Below, one piece after another: positions 59,401-64,000 of a stretch of DNA of 64,000 nt. Position numbers and translations under genes: made by a program. The number at the start of each line of letters is the position of its first letter. Within the stretch, counting starts at the first letter, position 1. The stretch lies in the NCBI GenBank assembly GCA_963708135.1, contig OY970192.1:4160001-4224000 (forward strand), read 5' to 3'. The stretch comes from an uncultured Gemmatimonadales bacterium (GTDB taxonomy: Bacteria > Gemmatimonadota > Gemmatimonadetes > Longimicrobiales > RSA9). The notes under the pieces are model-generated. The model saw only the letters and a program-made list of their open reading frames with translations, had not been told where the DNA came from and did no database searches.

Positions 59401-59501
59401 ATCCGGAGGACATGTTCCTGGCGGGAAGCCCGGCATACCTGGAGCAGGACAACCTGCCGCAGCTCATGTCGTTCGTCACCTCGATCAACATCAACTTCTA
59501 G
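56445..59501 (+). CDS. SusC/RagA-family TonB-dependent receptor
   Basis: LNEIVVTG, IRIRG..PLIYVDG, IESIEILKGPAAATLYGTEA..GVI.IITKKG, YTGLDPE, C-terminal Phe. Confidence 0.95.
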   Translation: MLPSYGIAPRSGGGGRRGRLAGVAWTASLAVALLTLAAPSLVAQGGSVGGTVVEAKTLRPLAGAQVVVQGTSRGALTDANGRFLVTGLTGGEVTLHVVMLGYKAVDQAVAVGTLDVRIGLEEAAVALNEIVVTGQPGGTQKRAIGNSIAQVKAADVVATKDVQSVQDVINGRAPGVVVMPGTGMIGSGSRIRIRGTSTFSLSGDPLIYVDGVRVDNETGSGFSVQAFGSGVVSRLNDFSPEEIESIEILKGPAAATLYGTEAARGVINIITKKGAPGGTRYSFTVKQGANWFSDPQGRLPVNYWRDGSGTVQSLNLYQLNKDNGIDLFRTGNLQTYSAGVSGGASGVRYYVNGDLSRNDGAEPNNFRNQFSGRANVQIEPSEKFDLSANTGWITSRTGLSCEAGCGGAMWGLVFSTPHYLPQNCNFDGCGFYQGFRSGPPNLVDRAFTDHQMVGRFTGSVTMNYRPAKWITNRLTVGSDVTQEQNVEYLPYLTNDTSRYFWGPYYSNGYKVQTRRALTYNTFDYAGTLNLDVRPGLTSATSFGAQYYQKHIEFIGAEGDGFAGVGIQTVNAAATKPYASDDFVDNNTLGVYGQETVGLNDRLFLTGALRVDNNSAFGSSFNWVYYPKASLSWVLNEEPAVRAILPRFVDALKLRLAYGESGQQPVSFSALRTYSPVTGPNGTPSITPNTVGNPDLGPERGKEFEGGFDAGFLNDRLALEFTYYNSKTVDGILLRTVAPSSGFAGSQYVNAGAIRNQGVEIGLKADLLERKSFGWDATFNFSSNSGKVLQLAGGDTTIVLGDRQYKIGFEPNAWFREHVVSAQLDANGDAIKSTVMCDDGAGGVVPCYTGSVVTAPRVYLGRTTPGIEGSIGTGIRFLGNFRLSGLVDFKTNYKKFDNNLRARCQVFSLCQENMNPTQYDPVFIAQMQSNNTLKDWIINDASFAKLRELSLTYNMPSQVAQRIGAHSATLNVAARNLHTWTSYTGLDPEDMFLAGSPAYLEQDNLPQLMSFVTSININF

Positions 59502-59512
59502 GAGCGGGGACC

Positions 59513-60796
59513 ATGATCAGGGTACTCGAGAATGGTGGCCGGCTCTCCGCCGCGGCACGGCGGCTCGCGGTGGCGGCGCTGGCGCTGCCGCTCCTGGCCG
59601 GCTGCAACACGGACAACCTGCTCAAGGTGTCGGCGCCGAGCCTGCTGCCGGCCGACCGCCTGGAGCAGCCGTCCCAGGCGGCGCTGCTGGTGAACGGCGC
59701 GATCTCGGACTTCGAGTGCGCCATCGGCTCGACCATCATGGTCGAGGGGATCATCGCCGACGAGTTCGGCGATGCCCAGCTCGGCGCCGCCGGGTGGGAC
59801 TACGACCGGCGCACCTCCAACCAGAACCCGGCCGGCTCCTACGGCGTGAACAGCTGCGAGGCCAACCAGACGCCGGGGATCTATACGCCGCTCTCCATCG
59901 CCCGGGGCTCGGCGGACAACGCGCTGAACCACCTGACGGAGTGGACGGACGCCGAGGTCGCGCACCGCGACTCGCTGCTCGCCACGGCCGCGCTGTACTC
60001 GGGCTTCGACTACACCTGGCTGGGAATGACAATGTGCGCCGCGGCCATCGACGTGTCGGCGCCGCTCAGCCCGGCGGAGCTCTTCGCCAAGGCGGAGGAG
60101 CGGTTCACCACGGCGATCACCACGGGCGCGGGCTTCCCGGCCATCCTGGACGCGGCCTACGTCGGGCGCGCCCGCGTGCGGCTGTTCATGGGCAACAAGA
60201 GCGGCGCGGACGACGACGCCAAGCACGTGCCCGACGGCTTCATGTTCTACGCGACGGCGTCCAGCGACAACAACCGGCGCTACAACCGCGTCTACGCGAG
60301 CAACATCCAGTTCGGCTTCTACACGGTCGAGCCGGCATCGCGCGCGCTGACGACGGAAGGCGTGCCGGACCCGCGCGCCGCGGTGGTCAACACCGGGAAC
60401 CGCGGCGCGGACGGCTCCATCATCTGGGCGCAGACGCTCTACACGTCCCAGTCCGATCCGATTCCCGTGGCCACCTGGTACGAGGCCCGGCTGATCTCCG
60501 CCGAGGCGCAGGGTGGCGCTGCGGCCGTGGCGCTGATCAACGCGATCCGCGACAACTACGGCCTGCCGCACTATACCGGCGCCACGGACGAGACGTCCAT
60601 CACCAACCTGATCGTCAGCGAGCGCAGGAAGCAGCTCTTCGCGCAGGGATTCCGGCTCTACGACCAGGAGCGCTTCAACCTGCCGTTCGACCCGCCCGTC
60701 GGCGCGGTCTATCCCGACAAGGGCGGCAACTATGGCGACACGCGCTGCCTGCCGGTGCCGGACGTGGAGAAGTTCAACAACCCGAACGCGGGGTAG
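59513..60796 (+). CDS. SusD/RagB-family lipoprotein
   Basis: Lipobox LLAGC; EARLISAEA..IN.IR, ERRKQLF..G.RLYD, LPVP..E..NNPN; follows susC. Confidence 0.9.
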   Translation: MIRVLENGGRLSAAARRLAVAALALPLLAGCNTDNLLKVSAPSLLPADRLEQPSQAALLVNGAISDFECAIGSTIMVEGIIADEFGDAQLGAAGWDYDRRTSNQNPAGSYGVNSCEANQTPGIYTPLSIARGSADNALNHLTEWTDAEVAHRDSLLATAALYSGFDYTWLGMTMCAAAIDVSAPLSPAELFAKAEERFTTAITTGAGFPAILDAAYVGRARVRLFMGNKSGADDDAKHVPDGFMFYATASSDNNRRYNRVYASNIQFGFYTVEPASRALTTEGVPDPRAAVVNTGNRGADGSIIWAQTLYTSQSDPIPVATWYEARLISAEAQGGAAAVALINAIRDNYGLPHYTGATDETSITNLIVSERRKQLFAQGFRLYDQERFNLPFDPPVGAVYPDKGGNYGDTRCLPVPDVEKFNNPNAG

Positions 60797-60806
60797 GGCC
60801 GCGGCT

Positions 60807-60840
60807 CGCGGGCGGCGGAGCGCCGCTCCGTCCGCCCGCG
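60807..60840. terminator. GC-rich hairpin between convergent susD genes
   Basis: CGCGGGCGG-CGGAGC/GCTCCG-T-CCGCCCGCG stem; no U tract. Confidence 0.45.
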
Positions 60841-60912
60841 TGAAGCGCGCCTGACGGCGCGGTCGCCCGACCTTGATGGGGGGTCGCGGAGGCCGCGCCG
60901 TCCTCCGAGCGC

Positions 60913-62307
60913 TCAGCCGGTCCGGCCGCCGATGTTCGGGTTGCCGTTCACCTCGACCGTGGGCAGGGGCAGACAGGTGGTGTTGCCGAAGGGGTTGCCG
61001 CTCTGGTCCACGCCGTTCGGATACTCGGCGCCGGGCTCGCCCTTGAAGGGGACGTCGTGGCTGGTTCCGCGGAAGCGGATGTGGTCGTTGAAGCGGGCGC
61101 CGCCCTCCGCGAACAGCTCTCTCGCACGCTCCTGGATGACGTGGTCGATCACGCCATCCTGGGTGGGGGCGTCCGCCTCCGTGAAGGGCGGCAGGCCGAC
61201 CAGCGCGTGCCTGTCGTTGATGATCTGGCGCGCCGTGGCCAGGTCTCCCGAGCGCGCGGCGGCCTCGGCGATGATGAGCTGCGCCTCCGCGTAGGACACG
61301 AGTCGGTTGGGCGAATCGATGCCCGGCGTCTTGTTGTGGTAGTACCAGGGCGTGACGCCGTCGAAGCCGTTGGCGTTGCCGAAGGTGACCACCACGCGCG
61401 GATCCGCCATGCCCTTCCAGGCCAGGCTCCTGAAGGCGGGAGCGACGGAGGCGTGCCGCCACTGCGGCCCGTTCACGAGGTAGTAGTGGATGTTCCAGCG
61501 GCGCACGTCGGAGCTCGAGCGGGTCGAGAGGTACTCGAAGCCCTCCGGGATGTGCTGCGCGTCCGCAATGGCGCCGCTGAAGTCTCCGAGATCCAGGCGC
61601 ACGCGGGCACGGCCGCCGTAGGCCAGGAGCAGGATGTCGTTCGTCCCGGACTGTTGGGCGAGTGTGATGGCGTCCGTGAAGGTCGTCTCGGCGAGTTGGA
61701 GCACGTCCGCCGGCTGGAGCAGGGGGCCGCCGTCGAACGCGGCCTGGCAGAAGCCCTCGCCGAAGGCGATCATCGAGAACGCCTCGTAGGCCTTCATGGT
61801 GGCCTCCAGCGAGATCTTCTTCGGTACCTGCGCCTCCGTGAAGCCGTCGAGCCGATTGAAGATGTCCTCCGCCTGGAAGCGGGCCGTCTGGAGCGGGGTG
61901 TAGAGGCCGTAGCCGCTCTCGCAGGTCCCCTGCGCGAAGTTGGTGTTGTCGGCGGTGATCTGCCGATCCGCCCACTGCCGCTCGATCAGGTTGCCGGACG
62001 ACTGGATGAACTCGTCCGAGAGCACGTTCGTTGCGCCCACGTAGGTGTCCCACGCGCAGTCGAAGTCCGAGATGGCGCCGTTGACGAGCGTCTGCGCGAG
62101 CGCCGGGGCGTCGAGCGCGTCGGCGGGCACCGTCCCGGGCAGGTCCACCTTCAGGATATCCGCATGGCAGCCCCCGAAGAGGCCAAGCGAGAGGCCGAGC
62201 GCCGCCGCGCGCAGGAGCGGCCACCGCCTCCGCTGTCCGGTTCCCTTTGGCATGGTCGTCCGCTCCGATCGGTTCGGCGTTGCGATTTGGGTGCTGGATC
62301 CGTTCAT
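60913..62307 (-). CDS. SusD/RagB-family lipoprotein (alternative start ATG 62253)
   Basis: GAGGAGG RBS; lipobox LFGGC; EAQLIIAEA, ERARELFAEGG.RFND, CLPLP..E..GNPN. Confidence 0.9.
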   Translation of the reverse strand: MNGSSTQIATPNRSERTTMPKGTGQRRRWPLLRAAALGLSLGLFGGCHADILKVDLPGTVPADALDAPALAQTLVNGAISDFDCAWDTYVGATNVLSDEFIQSSGNLIERQWADRQITADNTNFAQGTCESGYGLYTPLQTARFQAEDIFNRLDGFTEAQVPKKISLEATMKAYEAFSMIAFGEGFCQAAFDGGPLLQPADVLQLAETTFTDAITLAQQSGTNDILLLAYGGRARVRLDLGDFSGAIADAQHIPEGFEYLSTRSSSDVRRWNIHYYLVNGPQWRHASVAPAFRSLAWKGMADPRVVVTFGNANGFDGVTPWYYHNKTPGIDSPNRLVSYAEAQLIIAEAAARSGDLATARQIINDRHALVGLPPFTEADAPTQDGVIDHVIQERARELFAEGGARFNDHIRFRGTSHDVPFKGEPGAEYPNGVDQSGNPFGNTTCLPLPTVEVNGNPNIGGRTG

Positions 62308-62318
62308 TGCGCGCCTCC

Positions 62319-64000
62319 TCAGAACGTCACGCGGAGCGTGGCGAGGAAGCTGCGGAACATCGGCCAGCCCTCCTGGTTGTACGCGAGCATGCCGCCCGGA
62401 TCGTTGCCCGAGGGGGCGCTGTTGCGCGCCTCGGGGTCGATGATCTTCGCGCCGAAGATCGAGCTCTGGGCGCGCCACAGGACGGCCAGGTTCTCCATGG
62501 AGAGCGTGAGCGCGGCCCGGGAGGCGCCCACCCGGCTGGTGATCACGTCGGGCAGGGTATAGGTGGCCGAGAGGCGCCGCAGTCGGGCGAAGCCGCCCTT
62601 CGCGGCCCCCTGCGGCCCGAGACTGTAGCCGAGCTGGCCGTAGCCGAGCAGGATCGGATCGGTCCGCTCGACGGCCGCCTTGGAGTCGACGAAGAAGCTG
62701 TGCTTTCCGGCGACGTCGCCGTCGATCCACTCGCTGCCCGCGTCGCCTTCCACCAGCCCGTAGAGCTCCAGGTTGCGCAGCAGCGTGAGCGTCGCCGAGA
62801 AGCCGCCGGTCCAGGTCGGCAGCGGCGAGCCGTAGTAGACGGCGGGCGCCTGGGCACACGGCACGGGCGGCCCGCCGCCGCGCGAGAGGTTCGAGTTGGG
62901 CTCGAGCGGCCCGCTCTCGCACATGAGGTTCGTCGCCACGTTCCGGCCGTTGACCTGCGTGAGGTCGGCGGAGACGATCCGCTTGAAGAAGATGCTGCTC
63001 AGCGGGTAGCCGGGGAGGTGGAACTGCCCGAACGTCGCGTTCATCACGAACGGTGCTCCGCCCCCGATGTCGAGCACGTCATTGGTGTTGTGGGACAGCG
63101 TCAGGTCGAGGTCGAGCCCGACGTTGCGGCCGTGGTAGGCCGCCCCCTTGATGCTCGACTCGAAGCCGCGGTTGCGCACCTCGCCGATGTTCTTGTACTG
63201 CGTGCCGGGGAAGCCGAGGGAGGGGAGCGCGGGCACCGGCACGATGGCGTTGGTCGTGAGCTTGTTGTAGTAGGTGAAGCTGAGGCCGAGGCGGTCCTGG
63301 AAGAGGCTGGCGTCGAGGCCGGCCTCGAGCTCCTGCCCGACCTCCGGCTTCAGGTCCGCGTTCCCCAGGTTCTGCGGGGTGAGCGCCGGCTGGTCCCCGA
63401 CGCCGACCTGCGGGGCATAGGTCCGCAGCGCCGCGAAGACGTCGGGCTGCTGGCCCGCCTTGCCCCACGCCGCGCGCAGCTTGAGGGCGTTAAGGAAGGA
63501 GCGTCCCCGCAGGAACGGCTCGTCGCTGACCACCCAGCTGGCGCTGAACTTCGGATAGACCACGAACTTGAAGTTCTTGCCGAAGGCGCTGTTGTCGTCA
63601 CCGCGGACGGCTGCGGTCAGGAACAGCCGGTCCTTCCAGGCGAGCTGCTCCTGGGCATAGGTGCCGAAGGTCTTGTTCTCGAGATAGTCCTCGGCGGCCG
63701 TCTTGGTGCCCCCCGCCGTCACCGTCTCCAGCTGGCTCACCGGGAAGACATCGCCCTGCCCGAAGATGTAGCCGCTCGCCTTTCGGTAGTACTGTGCGCC
63801 GGCCGAGGTGGCCGAGTTGAGGTTCCTGGCGAGGTCGAACGTCGCCGTGGCGCTGTAGTCCACGCTGGCATAGGAGACCCGGTTGCTCACCACCTGCTTG
63901 CGGCCCTGCGGGTAGTTCGAGCCGATGCCCGCGATCCGCTTGTAGAGCTCCGAGTTCTGCGTGTCCGTGAAGTCCCCGCCCACCGTGAGGCGGTGCGTGA
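62319..64000 (-). CDS. SusC/RagA-family TonB-dependent receptor, C-terminal part; 5' end lies outside the window
   Basis: RGDDNSAFG..YPKFSASWV, LKLRAAWG, GNADLKPE, NIGEVRNRG, C-terminal Phe. Confidence 0.92.
   Translation of the reverse strand, partial: THRLTVGGDFTDTQNSELYKRIAGIGSNYPQGRKQVVSNRVSYASVDYSATATFDLARNLNSATSAGAQYYRKASGYIFGQGDVFPVSQLETVTAGGTKTAAEDYLENKTFGTYAQEQLAWKDRLFLTAAVRGDDNSAFGKNFKFVVYPKFSASWVVSDEPFLRGRSFLNALKLRAAWGKAGQQPDVFAALRTYAPQVGVGDQPALTPQNLGNADLKPEVGQELEAGLDASLFQDRLGLSFTYYNKLTTNAIVPVPALPSLGFPGTQYKNIGEVRNRGFESSIKGAAYHGRNVGLDLDLTLSHNTNDVLDIGGGAPFVMNATFGQFHLPGYPLSSIFFKRIVSADLTQVNGRNVATNLMCESGPLEPNSNLSRGGGPPVPCAQAPAVYYGSPLPTWTGGFSATLTLLRNLELYGLVEGDAGSEWIDGDVAGKHSFFVDSKAAVERTDPILLGYGQLGYSLGPQGAAKGGFARLRRLSATYTLPDVITSRVGASRAALTLSMENLAVLWRAQSSIFGAKIIDPEARNSAPSGNDPGGMLAYNQEGWPMFRSFLATLRVTF

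Overview
Very GC-rich bacterial chromosomal DNA. Gene content (SusC/SusD pairs, barrel-less TonB plug proteins, VPS10/BNR protein, many secreted peptidases, DUF1800/DUF1501) suggests Gemmatimonadota; this is inference. About 53 CDS are called. They include a LOG, deoxyhypusine-synthase-like, lipA, pdhABC, lpdA run; selD; ygfZ; an NRAMP transporter; two ABC exporter pairs; rmuC; a bacterial Cdc48; an ECF sigma/anti-sigma cassette; nfo; and a GntR-linked peptide or amino-acid scavenging locus with two convergent SusCD pairs. No rRNA, tRNA, CRISPR array, integrase or transposase was seen. The most notable region is the ~740-bp gap between pdhC and lpdA. It holds a cluster of about 7 DnaA-box-like 9-mers with no dnaA in the window, divergent sigma70-type promoters, and a ~300-nt multi-helix antisense RNA candidate that I cannot assign to a known family. 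Also notable: selD has an in-frame UGA (selenocysteine) with a SECIS-like hairpin, yet is +1 out of frame with its start codon. An AAC-N17-CGTCCC motif is shared by the ECF sigma gene and DUF1800-DUF1501. There are G-rich hexamer repeat arrays, a 187-bp element with 20-bp terminal inverted repeats, and two gene remnants. All family calls come from motif recognition by eye; no database search was run.
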